Shown here in pieces: positions 1-14,473 of a DNA stretch of 64,000 bases. The stretch's first letter is position 1; each line of letters begins with the position of its first letter. This DNA comes from the human T2T-CHM13v2.0 reference genome, Homo sapiens, in NCBI RefSeq assembly GCF_009914755.1, contig NC_060928.1. One strand, given 5' to 3'. The position numbers were made by a program, and so were the translations under genes. Below the pieces are notes generated by a model that ran no database searches, was not told where the DNA came from, and worked only from the letters and a program-made list of their open reading frames with translations.

Positions 1-476
1 TTTGCATTCTGGTCTGTAATTATTACAGATTTCCATGATTTCTCTACAGATTGACTGTGAAACTTTAAAGCTGAAACTTAGTGTTGGCCATATTAAGATT
101 ATGGAAATACCATTTATTTCAAAACCAGGTAGCTCCTCAGAGGAAATATGGATCCATGCCACTGAACTTTTACAACTAAAAAACCTCTTGAGGATCCAAA
201 ACTATTCCCCCTTTTATACTTTATCCATCATTCAAAATCATTTTATATTTTAACTTGTTTTGCACTTTCTTTCTTACTTAGAGCTCTACATTTTCCCGTG
301 GATTTTCTACTTGTATTTCTGTTTTTTTGACCCAAGAATTATGTGCCTTATTAAAATCAGTTAAGGTGGATCAATAATGGTTGCTTGAATGCTCTGATAC
401 TGACTCCCGCTTAGACTTGCTAAATAGGTTTTGGTCTGGGAATATCATACGTACTCCTTTCTAAAGCACACGTCTA

Positions 477-592
477 AAACTTCCATGGATAATTTATTTT
501 TCCTGTAGTTTATATTATTTTTTCCAGGAAAAAAAAACATGTGGGAGGTAAATTTTCTGCATCTTATTTGCTCTCTGTCCACAGATGGGATA
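477..592 (+). repeat. Copy 1 of a ~115-bp diverged direct duplication (copy 2 at ~2042-2154)
   Basis: Shares exact blocks AAACTTCCATGGATAA and GGAGGTAAATTTTCTGCAT, plus TTATTTGCTC and AGATGG in colinear order, with 2042-2154. Confidence 0.85.
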
Positions 593-1200
593 TAACATCT
601 TTTAGTGTCCAATGGAGGCTACAAGAAACCGAAGGTTCATTGTAGGGCATTTGCTTTTTCTCTCTGGAAACTTTTAGGGAATTTTTCCCTTTCTCCCCAC
701 CGTAGATATTTTTATATGACATCTCTAGGTAGGAATAGGCTTTTAAAAATTCAACCTTCTTGACACAAGGTGGGCATTTCTAATCTGAAGACATATGTTT
801 CTATTTTCCACTCTGAAAATTTTCCTTCTGTTATTTCCTTGGTAATTTCTTCCCCTCTTGTTTTTTCATTCTTCCCATACTTAAATATTTTATGATTATT
901 CCTCCATATTGCTAATCTTTTTTGTGCCATGTTTCATCTATTTGTCTTTTTAGTTCTATGTTCTAAAATAGTTCCTTACTTCCTATTCCAAACATTTTAT
1001 TAGATTAAATATTCACTAAGCATATTTTAAATTTTATATAACTGTTACCTAAATTCCCAGCAGACTGTTATATATTTTATTGAAGCCATCTTATCTGAAC
1101 TGTCTGAAGATTTTAATTAAAAGTAGTTTATTATTTATTTGTTTATATTCTATTCTTTAACCTTAATTCTGTTGCTTTACCTTCAGGATTAGCTGTCTCA
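540..1200 (-). mobile_element. Ancient L1 (L1M/L1ME-like) fragment
   Basis: T-rich strand bias and degenerate antisense-L1-like motifs; highly diverged. Confidence 0.4.
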
Positions 1201-2041
1201 TTTTTTGATCTTAATTGGTCATTAATAAATGTGAATAAAGGACCAGATAAATTATCTTAAGTGTCTTGCAGAGATTTTTCTCTGCTGTTAATGGGCTGTT
1301 TCTTGAATGAAAGGGATGTTTGCTTTCTTTGTGTGTGTGATGTTTTAAGGTTTTACTGTGGTATATCCAGGAGTGTGTTATATGTGTAGAACAGGCCAAC
1401 AGATGGGTTAAGACCCATTCAAACACCAAAACAAGGCCAGTCTGACTAATGACAGTACACCCTCACTCACTCTGAGAGCCATGGATCTTCCTCAACATAC
1501 TCATCAACATATATCTGACCTTAAACACTACTTCTTGATGCACAGCAATGGGAGGAACCTGAACATGCACGTCTTTCATATTGACTCTCCCTTGGTCATC
1601 ATCATTTCTGCACCTCCTCTCATACCTGCTGTCTTTAGCTCTTGACTCTAGGGATCTGTGCTGTGCAAAACACTCCTAGCTCCACTGCAGCGTTTTTGCT
1701 GTTGAATATACTGAGAGATGCCTCTTTTTATTGTAATATATCCATCTAGGTATTCCCATCAGTCTTCTGTCTTTCAAAAATGTATTCTAATCTGTTGACT
1801 GCTGGTGTTTCTCTGCTGTCATTCTCAGAAGCTCTTTGGATTTACTTACTTTTGCATTTCTTCACAGAACACTCAATGCATTTTTGAGATAGAGACAATT
1901 TAATGAGATTTCTGACTGTAATAACTTGAGTCTTGAGAAGTTTAAAATATTATCTTATAAAGGAAAGCAATTAGCTTGTTTTAAGTCAATATCAAAGTAA
2001 TATTCCCATATATATAGACACATGTGTATGTATATATACTG

Positions 2042-2154
2042 AAACTTCCATGGATAACATATTTCTCCTGCAGTTTGTATTAATTGTTTCCCAGAAAAAA
2101 TACATAGGAGGTAAATTTTCTGCATTTTATTTGCTCAATCTCATAGATGGAATA
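2042..2154 (+). repeat. Copy 2 of the ~115-bp diverged direct duplication
   Basis: Colinear with 477-592 and embedded in TA/TG-rich low-complexity flanks. Confidence 0.85.
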
Positions 2155-2184
2155 CACATATTTGTGTATATATACATACGTATA

Positions 2185-2540
2185 AAAAAGTCATATTCTC
2201 CATTCAACAATATTAACACAAATCTCCAAAGATATGGTAAATGAGTGAGAAAGAATTCAAGGAAAACCATTCTATAGATTTGAAAATGAAAAAAAAAACT
2301 TTAAATAATATTGCGTTTTCAAAAGCATATTAAAATATAAATGACAGGCAGAAAATACAATTTCAATGTGGATAGCTTAAAAAGAGTTGATAACTTTGTC
2401 ATGTATATCATCCTTAAAAAACACTTATATTAAATTGAGGAAAATATTAAACCTTACAACTGGAAAAAAGGGTACAGGATATGAAGAGATAATTTAAAAA
2501 ATGAAATAATAAATGTTAAACATTTTAAAGTATGGGTAAA
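2185..2540 (+). mobile_element. Ancient L1ME-like ORF2 3' fragment
   Basis: A-rich; GGAAAAAAGGGTACAGGATATGAAGAGATAATTT resembles the L1 'aaaaatgggcaaaggatatgaacagacaattc' motif. Confidence 0.5.
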
Positions 2541-4561
2541 AATTTAAATTTTTAGCAGATAATATGACTGTTCCAATGCAAGTGTCAAAAATATAATTTG
2601 AAAAGAAAATTAAGCTAAAAGAGAGTATATTGAAGGGATAGTGATTTTGTTTACCGAGTCAAAGAAGAGTTGCAGGCCCCAGTATGCATCTGGGGATTCT
2701 AAGTGACCCAGTGACTCCAAGATATTTACTCCCTCTGAGTGACCCTCATATATCCAACCTTACTTGATTTACAAAAGCAAACATGACAATTGATTCTGAC
2801 AATTACGTTCACTTTATCTACGGACCCCGGAGAAGAGCTGTGCTCATTAGGAAGGATTCTGACCAACCTTTACACACGTATCAGATATGAACAAGTGAGT
2901 ATAGCCAGGGACATTGGGCACTGTGATTGAAGCATCCTGGTTCACGGACTAAGCCCTCTGGTCAGGGGTTGGTGACTGAATTGGTTACCAACAAATAAAG
3001 ATAGAAATATTTTGTTGGCCAAATGAAATAAGAGCTATACAGTTGTGTAATGAGTTGAGGAGGTTTTGTTTAAAGAAAGATGTTGCAAAACTATGGAACA
3101 AAATGTCCCTGAAATCATTCTTCATGGTCATCTCTACCCATAAGTATTTGTAGGATGTTCACTTACTAGGAAGAGTAGTAAATAAGAAATAAATACCATT
3201 TTGCTGAGGGTTTGCTGAGCCCTTGTGGACCAAGGTTTTACTGGAAGAAGATAGATTGGAGCATGTGACGTTACCTAAAGACCAATAAGTAACTGAATTT
3301 TTACGGAGTTCTAATTTCATTATCACCAAAGTCCCATGTGGTGAAATTGGACAAGCACTTGAGTGGTCCTGTGAGAATAATAAAAAGAGAAGAAAATCAG
3401 TTAAATGGGCTCCAAGGGGTCCTGACTCACTTCCCTCATCTTAACACATGAAAACAATAGAAGAAGAATGGGTCCACATCGATTCATATGATTACTTATT
3501 ACTAATGTGGCCCAACCAGTGAACTGGAGAATTTTGTCCCATTAGAAAACAAATGACTTAGAGGAGGAAGCAAAGAAGTAGGGGAGAGAAAGGAATGGGC
3601 ACTCCTTTGCTGTAGTATGCAGCTAATCTAAACTGAAGTTTTTGAAACCCATATTATCACCTAAAACTCAGTAATGAGTTTTCTCTTTAGGACATACTGG
3701 CCTTAATTCATAGAGCTTAAGAACTGGAGAAGAATTTAGAAACTAAGTCCAACTGCATTATTTTATAGCAAGCTGATACTCTGAGTAGATATATAACTTT
3801 TTGGGATCAGGTTTCCTAATGTACAGCTGTGTCTGCTTTCTAACATACGTGGCTGTCCTTCTACCATTAGGAAGCTTGTTCTTTATTGAAAAAATCTATT
3901 TGTCTATGTCTACATAATCTATCATCTATCCATGTGATCTTAAGAAAAATTATTTACTCTGTAAGATGCTCTTTAGGAATTAATTTCCATCTATAAGTTA
4001 AAACTCAATAAATTTATATCCAATCTCTTTTTTTGTTAAATATATATTTATTTCCTGAATATCCCCCCTTCATGTGTAAGTTCATTTCAAAGTTTAATAT
4101 ACTATCTTTCAGATAAATATTTCTTTATGTTACTGAATATCTTTACTTTTTAACTATTTAATTAATTTCCTACTTTCTTATGTAGTTTTCATATCAGGTA
4201 GACTTAATAGAACAGACAGACACAAAGATACATAAACACATGTACACATACACACATATTCTACAGAAGCCTTGCTAGTATGGCATTTTAAGTTTTCAAT
4301 TTTTAGTTTGGGAGTGGTGAAATAGGCATTGATTTTCTATAGATCACCCTGAAATTTGACTCAGAGTGATATATGATATCATGCTATAATTGCCTCTTTC
4401 TTGTCTAATGACAAGAAAATATATAAATTTAAAAAACCTCATGTTTGAACAATGGCACATCTCATCAATTTAGTTCAGTATCACATAATATAAGTAGGAA
4501 ACTTCAGCTATTGGATGTAATGTTAACTATGCATATTCCTGTAGAACCTAAAAAGTTTGGA

Positions 4562-4593
<32 letters not shown>

Positions 4594-4627
4594 GAGAGAG
4601 AGAAAGAGAAACCGAGAGAGAGAGAGA
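4562..4627. repeat. Compound (TG)n-(GA)n microsatellite
   Basis: About 13 TG units followed by a GA-rich tract. Confidence 0.95.
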
Positions 4628-6559
4628 AATAACTACTTAACTATATATTGGACCCTTCTGGTCTTTATAGTACACAGTGACATACCAATTTACCTTTATT
4701 ATTTAATTTTTGTACACAAACTTAGTCTTGTATGTAATTTGTAGGTTCAAAATTTTATGTGATACATACTGCAGGTGCCATATAATGAAACAATCAAATT
4801 TATAATAAAACCAGTATGGATCTAGTAACCTATATTATACCACTGTTTAAACTTAATATTAGCAGCAATCAACTTTATTAAAATGCTTGGGAAAATATTT
4901 AAAATATGTTTTTTAACTTGATGAATTTGGAACAATTTAGTAGTCAGTATATTTTTTGATTAGCTATTAATAATTTATTTCATTCTACCTTGGGGTAAGT
5001 TAAGCATATCAGAATTAACTGCTGAATTATTACACTTGTCATTGCATAGAGGATGAAGATAGAAACAAGCATAAAATAATACATTTCTAAAAAAGAAAAT
5101 ATCACACTTGATATATAAGGAAAATAGGAAAACATGTAACTAATAATGATTTATGTAAGTAAATTTACATATGTAAAAGAAATTGTCTAGAAATAAATAC
5201 TTGTTTTAGTAACATAATGCTAACCAAACTTCATAGGGAATATTCAAGAAAAATGCAGTTTTAATTTTAATATGCACATGATATCAATTAATATATTCAC
5301 ATATGCAAATATGAAGGCAATGACCCTGATTCTGAAGCTTGTTATTTCTGGAGTTGGCATATGGCTCTTTCTAACAGCAGACATAATGATTTCAATAAAT
5401 TAGCTGCTAATGCCATGTAATGAACTCTGATTTGTGTTAATTTGGCCATTACTTAGTAATTTTATGTTAATTTTTTTAAAAAATCAGTTTTGAAGGCAGT
5501 ATTAGAATTTCATTTTCCATCTAACATTTTAAAAATAAACAAGAAAAAGATTTTGATTCAGATGTTAAATAAAACAAAAGTTGTTTTACAAAGTAAGAAT
5601 GCAGAATATTACTCAGAGAGTTTCATAGAAATTTGTTTATAATCATCCAATTTTTAAAAATTCCATTGAACAATAATCATGTCATAGAGTTGAATAGGGC
5701 TATTTTAGTCAAATTTTAAATAATCATTGCTAAATTCCCTTGCTGAAGTCTTATCCACCCCTACCATTTTTATTTGTTGCAGAGCATCATAAGGTTTGTC
5801 TTGTTACATGTGATGGTGAAGGTAGTGGTGATGGCAGTAATATTTACATATATGTGTAATCTATACATATAAGCACGTACATATTATATGTAATTGCATA
5901 TATTAGGTTATTTATTTAAATAAAATCATTAGAAATCAAATTTGCTAAAGGAGAAAACATTTTTTTTTCTCTCTGAGCCATGCCAAGTAAAATACAGAAG
6001 ATTTTTCTCATAAGTTTGGTTTTGCACAGATAGATTAATGTTGCATATGAGCTTACATAAAAGCTAAGAAACTTGAATATTTTCTATTTGATTTTTGTTG
6101 GAGTCTAAAAAGAGTACAATAGAAGTTAAAGTCATTCCTACTCTTATGTGTATTATTCTTAAAATCTCATTTAACTTTATACAACTCCTTCTTCTCAGGC
6201 AGGAGTGGGATAATGGTAATTTACTCATACATCTCTGATGGGAATTTAATGAGCTAATATATGTGAAGTGTCTGGCAAATGGTAAAGGTTAAAAAATGTT
6301 GGAAAGAAGTACGACTTACATGGATAATGTCACTTAATCGAGCACAGGTATCCCTTGCTTACATCTTTCAGTCCATTCTCTATGTTTCAGTCAGAATGAA
6401 ATATAAATCTGATTTTTGTTATGACTACTTTGCTTGAAAATCTTTTATGGATATATCTAGGATAAAGGCCAGAATCTATGCCATGGAATCCAAGGCACTT
6501 CACGTTTTGGCTTGTGCAATTTTCTTCTGCCACCTCTCTATCTTGGTGGTTCGCGTTTG

Positions 6560-6960
6560 TCAGTCTATCCACACTGAACTCTTTGTATTTACCTAAATGG
6601 ATCCTGATGTTGAATGCCCTCATGCCTATTTAAATAATATTCTTTCCTTCTGAAATGCTTACCTTAACGTTATTTGCCTGGGAATTTCCTACTGATTCTT
6701 CTAGACTCTAGGATGTGATCATTAATACTCCTAAGTGAGTCATTTTAATCTCATTGTTCTCATAGTTTCTTAAATACCTCGTACTTGAGCATTATGCTGT
6801 ATATAATATATATTTATTTGCATATATTGCTCTCCCTCATAGATTCTTGGCATCACAGTGACTAGTGACATGTGTAATATATCTTTCAACACATAGTGCT
6901 CAATATCCTATCTAGCATTCAGTGAACTTTTAGTGACTATTTCTTAAACATTATGTTGAA
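6560..6960 (+). mobile_element. L2 LINE 3' fragment
   Basis: Degenerate L2 motifs (tctttccttctgaaatgctt..., acacatagtgctcaata). Confidence 0.5.
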
Positions 6961-8349
6961 GATAATGCAACAATTGTGTTCATAAAATGATCTTCAAATA
7001 AGAGAAACTTATTTGAAGTATCCAAGATTTATTTATTATTTATTATTTATGAGCTAACTTCCTGTTTCTTAGCAGCTGTATTTTTATGTTCAATTTCATG
7101 AAATTCTAAATTCATCTGCATTCAATTATAAATATTAGAAACATTGCTTTATTTTACATAACACAATCTTTCTGATTTCCTGCAGTGGTGTCCATGTCAC
7201 ATTCGCTCGGGTAAATTTCTTACTTCATGGAAAGAACAGAAGATATGGCAAATTCATTCAGTGCTAATTAGGAGTTGGACATATTGATGATTTACTTCTT
7301 TCTCTAAGACAAAGTTAGAACTGCCAAAACAGTGACTTGTGTCTTGTGAGTCTTTTTGCTGATTTAAACATACATGGGAGATTAGAAAATACCCATGGCC
7401 CATGTACAAGTAGGTGAAAGATACTGAACTACAGTATATTTAAGAACATGAGATCTTAAACCTCATTTTTCTGATATTTGCATTGGAAATTTTAGGATGG
7501 AAAATTGCATGCTGAACCAACATGCATTCTATTGTAGCTGAGGAAGACACCTTTCTGTGTGAGAAACCCCAGCATTTCCCAGAGATTTGCACATGTGTTC
7601 ACATTGCTGTAAAGTTCGTTAGAACTTTATTACTAAGTATCTGTGGCACATATCATCATTTCAATGAGACATTAAGGTTTTGGTTCTTATCTACTTTGAC
7701 TGTTGGTATCAGATAATAGGCTTTCCATGTAATGCAGGGCGTTCTAACATTCCATGTGGATAAGTGGCCTTTTTAGAATTTTTTTCTAGACAAAGTATCA
7801 TTTTTTAAAATTATACACACCATCTCTTCTTACATCATCTACAGATGCATTTAATGCTTTTTATTTATTTTATAAACATTCTAAATAATAGGAAAAAATG
7901 GCTTGCTTTATCAAATTATTCACAAATTTTACATATCATAGTACATGTGTATACCACTTTAGAGCACTTGTTAACTAGATGTTGAATCATTACAAAATTT
8001 TTTTTTTACTAATTCACCATTATGTGGCATTAAAAAAAAATAAAACAAGTTTGAGTTTGGGTGCCTATCAGGATTAAGATGTGTTGATCCAGTAACCTGG
8101 ACCAAGAACCTAAGCGGAACAAGACCTGCTGACGTATTTGAATGCATGAGATCGAGGAAGGCATTTCAATGATTGGAGAGTATCATTGGGGTATAAAGAA
8201 AACCAGAGTGAAATAGTCCAACTCAGACATTAGTCTTAAGAGGCTAACATATATAGGAGTAGGCAGCTTATCAATTAAGCTGTATTAATAATAACAAAAG
8301 AGGAAGATGTTGCCTCTGAAAGAGGAAAGATAAAAAGGGTTAGTTTTAC

Positions 8350-9050
8350 TGTTTAGTGTTACTTAGGGAAACAGAACAAATATATTTTATATACTCACAC
8401 ACATATATATTTAAAATATATATGTATATATTTTATTACATATATAAATATACAAATAAATTTTTATGTATAGAGGTTTTATATTATATGTATAAAACCT
8501 GACTAATGTTGTTGCATCCTGATAAACCCATTATAGGTTGAACATTATTAATTAATATACATTTAATTATTATAATATATATATTTAAAGAGAGAGAGAG
8601 ATTTATTGTAAAGAATTGGCTCAAGCAATTATGGGATGGCAAGTCCTAAGATCTGCAGGGTGAGTCAGCAAGCTGGAGACCCAGGAGAGCCATTGGTATA
8701 GTTCCAGGCCAAGTCCAAAGGCCTGAGGATCATTTCCAGTCTGGAGTCCAGCAGGCTTGAGATGCAATAAGAGAAGATGTTTTAGTTTGAATCATGACAG
8801 AAAAAAATGTAAATGTCATAGTTCAAAGGCTGTCAGGCAGAAACAATTCTCTTATTCACCTTTTTTTCTTTATTAAGGCTTTCAACAGATTGAATGAGGC
8901 CCACACACATTGGGGAGGGCAATCTGCCTTACTCAGTTTTCCAATCAAATGTTAATCATATCCAAAAATACAGAGACATGAGAGTAATGTTTGTCCAAAT
9001 ATCTGGGCCTCCAGTGACCCAGTCAAGTTGACACAAAATTAACCATCACA
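8350..9050 (-). mobile_element. MLT2-family ERVL solo LTR with internal TA-rich expansion
   Basis: Reverse complement begins TGTGATGGTTAATTTTGTGTCAACTTGACTGG (MLT2 5' end); other end GGAAACAGAACAAATA; internal AT-rich/(GA)n tract ~8380-8600. Confidence 0.85.
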
Positions 9051-9761
9051 TTTGTAGAAATGTATTTATGAAATCAGTGAATTAATAAATCACAGATCTC
9101 TGACACCTTGTGGAAATCAGACAAAATGGCCATACAATTTAATTGAGCCTTAGACAGAGCTGTTTTGGATCAAACTGAATAGAACATTTACTGTGACAGA
9201 ATTGAACAGGTAGAATTCTCAATTGTTCAAGCAATGAGGCTCTCTCCCCATTCCAATGGCTTTATGATGAGAAAAAGAGAACACACATACTCACACAAGG
9301 AAGTAAGCTATAATTACAAGGAGAGATACTTAGGGTCTACTAGCTAATTTTACCCTGGGAGAAGGTCTTAGAAATTTGAGAGGGGGTTATCATGAAGTAA
9401 AAAAATTGGGAAATTTTCAAAAAGATTAACTTAAGCTTATGTACTCATAGTATTCATGTAAGACTTTGTCCTACTGACTTCGTTTATTTGGTTTTATAAC
9501 TGTATTATATCACCAAGTTTTTTTGTCAGTCTGTGAGGAACCTTAGAACTGGGGAAATACTGAAGCTTATTGTTTCCATATTCTTTTTAACTTGTTTTAG
9601 GATCAGGGACATTGTAGAATTTGGCGTCTTAGATTGCCCTTACCATTGCCAATACTGTGATTAGACCCCATTAGGAGAGATAGCAGAAATGGAATAGGGA
9701 GTGAGAACTGATGAGAAGCACCTGTTTCGAATCCAAAAGGAACAAATCAGGGTGAATGAGA

Positions 9762-10060
9762 TTTTATGGTAGTGCAAAGCAATACACATTCAGTAGAAAC
9801 TACTTCGAGTACCCATACAACCATTTCGTTTTTCATGTTCAGTACCTTATCCAAAATTTATGTTAGATATTAAACACTTTATTATGAAATAGGCTTTGTA
9901 TTGGATGATTTTGCCAAACTGTAAGCTAATGTAAGATAAGTTAAATTAAGCTATGATGTTCAGTAAGTTAGATGTATTAAACACATTTTTCACTTACAAG
10001 TTTTTCAACGTATAATGGGTTTATCAAGATGTAACAACATTACAAGTCAAGAAGCATCTG
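9762..10060 (-). mobile_element. MER47A-like TcMar-Tigger MITE (one end truncated)
   Basis: Reverse complement starts CAGATGCTTCTTGACTT next to a TA target; internal AATGGTTGTATGGGTACTCGAAGTAGTTTCTACTGAATG matches the recalled consensus. Confidence 0.75.
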
Positions 10061-13000
10061 TATTTGTTTTATCATAAAAAGTCTTAACTGACCTTTACTT
10101 AACTCCTTAATTAGTTAATTATGTAGAAGAATGCCCATTGCATACTGAAGTCCTGGCTAAAAGCCAGTGTGTTTGTACCATTTAAATTGAATCTTTACTA
10201 AAAAAAATCATTTTTATTCATTTCCAAACCTATCCATTTCCATCAACATTGTCATTGCAATCATCAACTCTAAGTATGCATGTTCAGATGAAATATGAGT
10301 GTGAAAAAGTGTTGATGCTTGTATAAAAATGAAATTGAATGGCTAGGATAAATTTGATGAGGATGAGAGGAAAAGAAAATATGCTGAACTATGTATAGGC
10401 AAAAATTGCAAAAAATGAGAGGAAATCACAAAAATCTGCAGACATTCTGTAATCACATTGCTTAGCAACTGTCTTAAATTTCAGTTCGCCCTGAAGAAAC
10501 TCAAGCTGAAATTCACACATTAGATTGTCATTTATGCAAGAAAGATAGCTCAGAACTTTAAACGTTTATAGATTTTAATGCTATCTTAAAAATAATTGGT
10601 TGACAGATGTGCATTTTACACTTTGTGTTAAATTTAAATGTTTTAGGTATTTATAGGTTTTATAACTAATATAAGTAAATAGTAATTCCGTTTTTAATCA
10701 ATTTATTGACTAAGCAACTATGCTAATATTTTTGGTTATGAAACATCTACATTAGTTAATTAGCCTTTTCAGCATAAAATTTGAATGAATTCATCATTAT
10801 TAACTACATTCCTTGCCAGTTAACAATATTTGGGCCTTGTGGCTAATATACATAAGCATAACAGTCATCAATTTCCAAGAAAAGATTTGCATCCAATTAT
10901 GGAGATGAGATTTTACTTATGTGATTCAGTAGACTAGAAAGTCCTCAGAGAGGAGGTGGGACTTGAGTTGGAAGAAGCAAAATGAAAGGAGCATTAGAGG
11001 AATGTGGCGAGTGGAAGCCAAGTTAGTCAAAGAGAAGATTAAAGGATTAAAAAAAACCCAGAGGCTGTAAGGAGGACAGCTTCAAGCCATTTCCTGGATC
11101 CAAAAGTCTCACTGAGGAGTAATAAATGATTAACCTATAGAATAGAGACAAGTGGTGTCAGCTTTCAATGCCATGCCGGAGTATATTATGATTTATTTAT
11201 TTGTGTGGAATTATTAAATGATTTTAAACAGCAAAAATGGCAAAGAGTAATCACATAATTGACGTCATATTTTATGTAAAATCAATTCATTATATCTAAT
11301 GATAGAAGGGGTAGAAAGATGAAAGATGAAAGATTTGGCAACCATCAAGATTATTATGAACAAATCTGAAATATTTGGTCTTCAACACTAACTCTCCATA
11401 ATTACTAATATAAAATATGAAGATTTCTTACTAATTTGAATCATAACTACTCTTTTATTATAATTCTTTGGAGTCACTCGGACTTTTCTAGCCTTTTATT
11501 TAAAATCTTTTTAACTAGATTATATTATACATATATACATGCATATATAATCTATTATGTGGTCATATATTTACTTTATAATTTTATAAAACAAACATAA
11601 TGATATGTTTTGAATGGTTTGTCCTGACTTGTCAGTACAATAGTCTCTGAAATATTCTGACAGTTACAGATCAGCTGGCTTGATTCAGTCAATTCCACAA
11701 TATGAGTTGCTTGACCTTGATATATTTTCTAATGCTATTTCTATCTACTCCTCAATTTCTCTGACTTATATGTCTTCATTGTAACCCATGTTTTATCTCT
11801 CCTTAGCTGATTTCATAAATTCTTGTCTTCTAGTCACCTGTCTTATACTATCTCAGTATACCATCTAATAGAGGATGCCCATTAATAGCAGTAGAAAACT
11901 CTAAACTGCAGTAAATTATATGACTAGCATTTTTATCTAGGCTTTTCTCCTCATAAAATATGTGTTTTTCCCCATGTCCGTCCTGAATAGGCTTTGTCAA
12001 ATATGAACAGCACATAAATATTTGATTTATTACATTCCTATCCATAGCACCAAAATTGAAATGCCAAACCTAAAGCACCATTTGTCATCAGGGTGGTAAA
12101 TATTCAACCAGACCATTGAATTATTTTTCATGGGCCTAGCTAGAACTAGAATTTATATGGCCAAAAACACAAAACAAAATGAAACAAAAAGCTGAAAGCA
12201 ATTATACAGGTTAGTGTTTTGGCTGAATGAATATACTTCCCCTCTCATTATTAAATGGCAAATATGCAAAATAAACAATAATTTATTCCACTTATAATCT
12301 CCAAACATCATTTTGAGCAATAAAGTCTACTTTCTTACCAAGAAAAACTTAATAGAGATAACCATGAATATCACGTTTAACAAAAGTTCATATATATATA
12401 TAAAATGTATATATATAGTCTGTCCTCTATGAATTTATGTATAGCGCACCCTACTATACGTAACTCACCTCTGTGAAGGGCCTGCTATGGATCTTATATT
12501 GCACTCTCTGTGTTTTGGAGATGGATAAATGTATAGTAGAAGTATGCATATCATCATTCTGTACTGTAATTGGATGACAGAATAGGCTATGCCCAAGACA
12601 GAAAATGGTCAATGGATAGACAACAATTTACTCCCTTAGCATTTATTGAGCTTTTACTGTGGATTGTTTGTTGTTCTACTGGGTCTGAAGTTATAAATTT
12701 GGCTCCAGGTCACCCCTCACTTTTGGTTTTCCTCTTACTTTACTGTACAGTCCTTCTCTGATTTCTTTGCTGGATTCTCCTCTCTTGCTTAAACTCTCAT
12801 TGTTGGAGTGTACAAGGACTCATGCTTTGGTTTTCTTCTCTGATCTGTTTAGAGTTCCTTTAATGTCACAAACTGTCATGACTTTAAGTACTAGTTACGT
12901 GCTGATAACAATAAAATTTATATCTACAACCCTAGACTACTATCCTAAATTCTAGTCACATATCTAACTGTTTATGCAATATTTCCATTTGGAGTTGAGA

Positions 13001-13445
13001 AATTAAAATAAGATCCTAGCTGCTCAACGAACTGAACAAATTTCCTTTGAGTGAAGGGGACCCAAGAGAAAACTTGAAAACTGAGTTCCTGGCCGGAATG
13101 GAACACAAGGTTGGACACTCCTCAGTATACCCCTTTCCCTATTACTCTTCAACCAGAATTATTTCCTAAGGAGGAAGTAGAAACCACCTCTGGACAACAA
13201 AAAGTGGATAACTCATTCCTTTAACACATTTAGCCAATCAGCTGAGGCCATGACATGAGTCCCCCTCCCTCTTTGCAGTTTTGACATAATAGCTCACCAG
13301 TTTTACAACGCATCCCATCCTAAAAACTGACCACTCTCTCCAGGCCAGCTTTGGCCATCTTGTGGAAGATGCACAGCAAGAGATTTTATGCCCTTGGCTT
13401 CACTTTTTGACCAAAAACTTCACCCTTAGGTCATGTTAATGCTAC

Positions 13446-14473
13446 TGTAATCCATTGTTTGCCTGATGTGCAGCAAAGACACCATAACAAAACATCAAGG
13501 ATTGTAGCTGTGAAAGGAAAATATCTTGGGCCCCCCAAATCACTAAGCTAAAAGGAAACCTCAAGCTGGAAACTGCTCAGGGCAAACCTGACTCCCATTC
13601 TATTCAAAGTCATCCCTCTGCTCACTGAGATAGATGCACATTCTGATTTCTTCTTTTGGAAAGGCTTATCAGAAACTCAAAATGATGCAACAATTTGTCT
13701 CTCACCTATCTGTGACCTGAAAACCCCTCCCTGCTTTGAGTTGTCTACGCCTTTCTGGACAGAACCAATGTACTTCTTACGTATATTGATTGATATCTCA
13801 TGTCTCCCTAAAATGTGTAAAATCAAGCTGTGCCCCGACCACCTTGGGCACTTGTCATCGGGACTTAGTGAGGCTGTATCATGGGTACACATCCCCAACC
13901 TTGGCACAATAAACTTCCTAAATTCACTGAAACCTGTCTCAGATTTTCTAGGGTTACACAGCAGAGAAAGAATTTAATAATTGTAAGGCAGTCAAATAAG
14001 GAAATAAGAGGAAACCTCAAATCTCTCTCTTTGAGGAGTTTGTGTCTAGGAGTTTCAGAGTGGGCTGAAGTGTTGGAATCTTGGAGTGGGCTGAAGTGTT
14101 GGGATCACAGATTGATCAAAGAGTGCAGGGTGAAGAGGGTGAAGTCTTGGGATATGGAAATGAAGATATTGCATTCTCATGTTGATTTAGTTCCTCTGTC
14201 AGGGTCTTTGACCTGGATGACATCAGCCATTCCACCAGAATTCAAGATCTAAAGACATCTTAAGCAATTCTTAAACAAAAAGCCTTATGATTATTACATC
14301 AGTGAACCTATCTATAGCAATAATGGGGAAGCAACTGGTCGGTATCTAGTGCTATGTGGCTTTTGGTAATAAGGAAGTGGGCCAAAATGAAGCCTAATTA
14401 ATGTTTAATTGTAAATAAATTTCCGCCCAGAACCCAGCAAGTAATTCTTGTCAACCCTTTGAGGATGGCTTCA
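13446..14473 (-). mobile_element. ERV1 solo LTR (LTR26/LTR8-related group) nested in MER39
   Basis: Reverse complement begins TGAAGCCATCCTCAAAGGGTTGACAAGAATT; TG/CA termini; MER39 resumes at 14474. Confidence 0.7.
13509..13958 (+). mobile_element. MER4A1 ERV1 solo LTR (innermost)
   Basis: Begins TGTGAAAGGAAAATATCTTGGGCCCCCCAAATCACTAAGC; ends AATAAAC...GGGTTACA; near-perfect TSD TAGC/CAGC. Confidence 0.9.

Noticed and set aside
2677-2695. Near-perfect palindrome CCCCAGTATGCATCTGGGG
   Set aside because: Short, isolated and probably within an old MaLR-like fragment; expected by chance in 64 kb
10180-10760. Possible old Tigger-like DNA transposon fragment (similar impression at ~40820-41160)
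   Set aside because: Too diverged to assign or bound without an HMM search
14058-14106. 26-bp tandem duplication in an LTR (similar small duplications at ~23984-24032, ~57316-57346 and ~61891-61923)
   Set aside because: Ordinary slippage-type duplications with no sign of function
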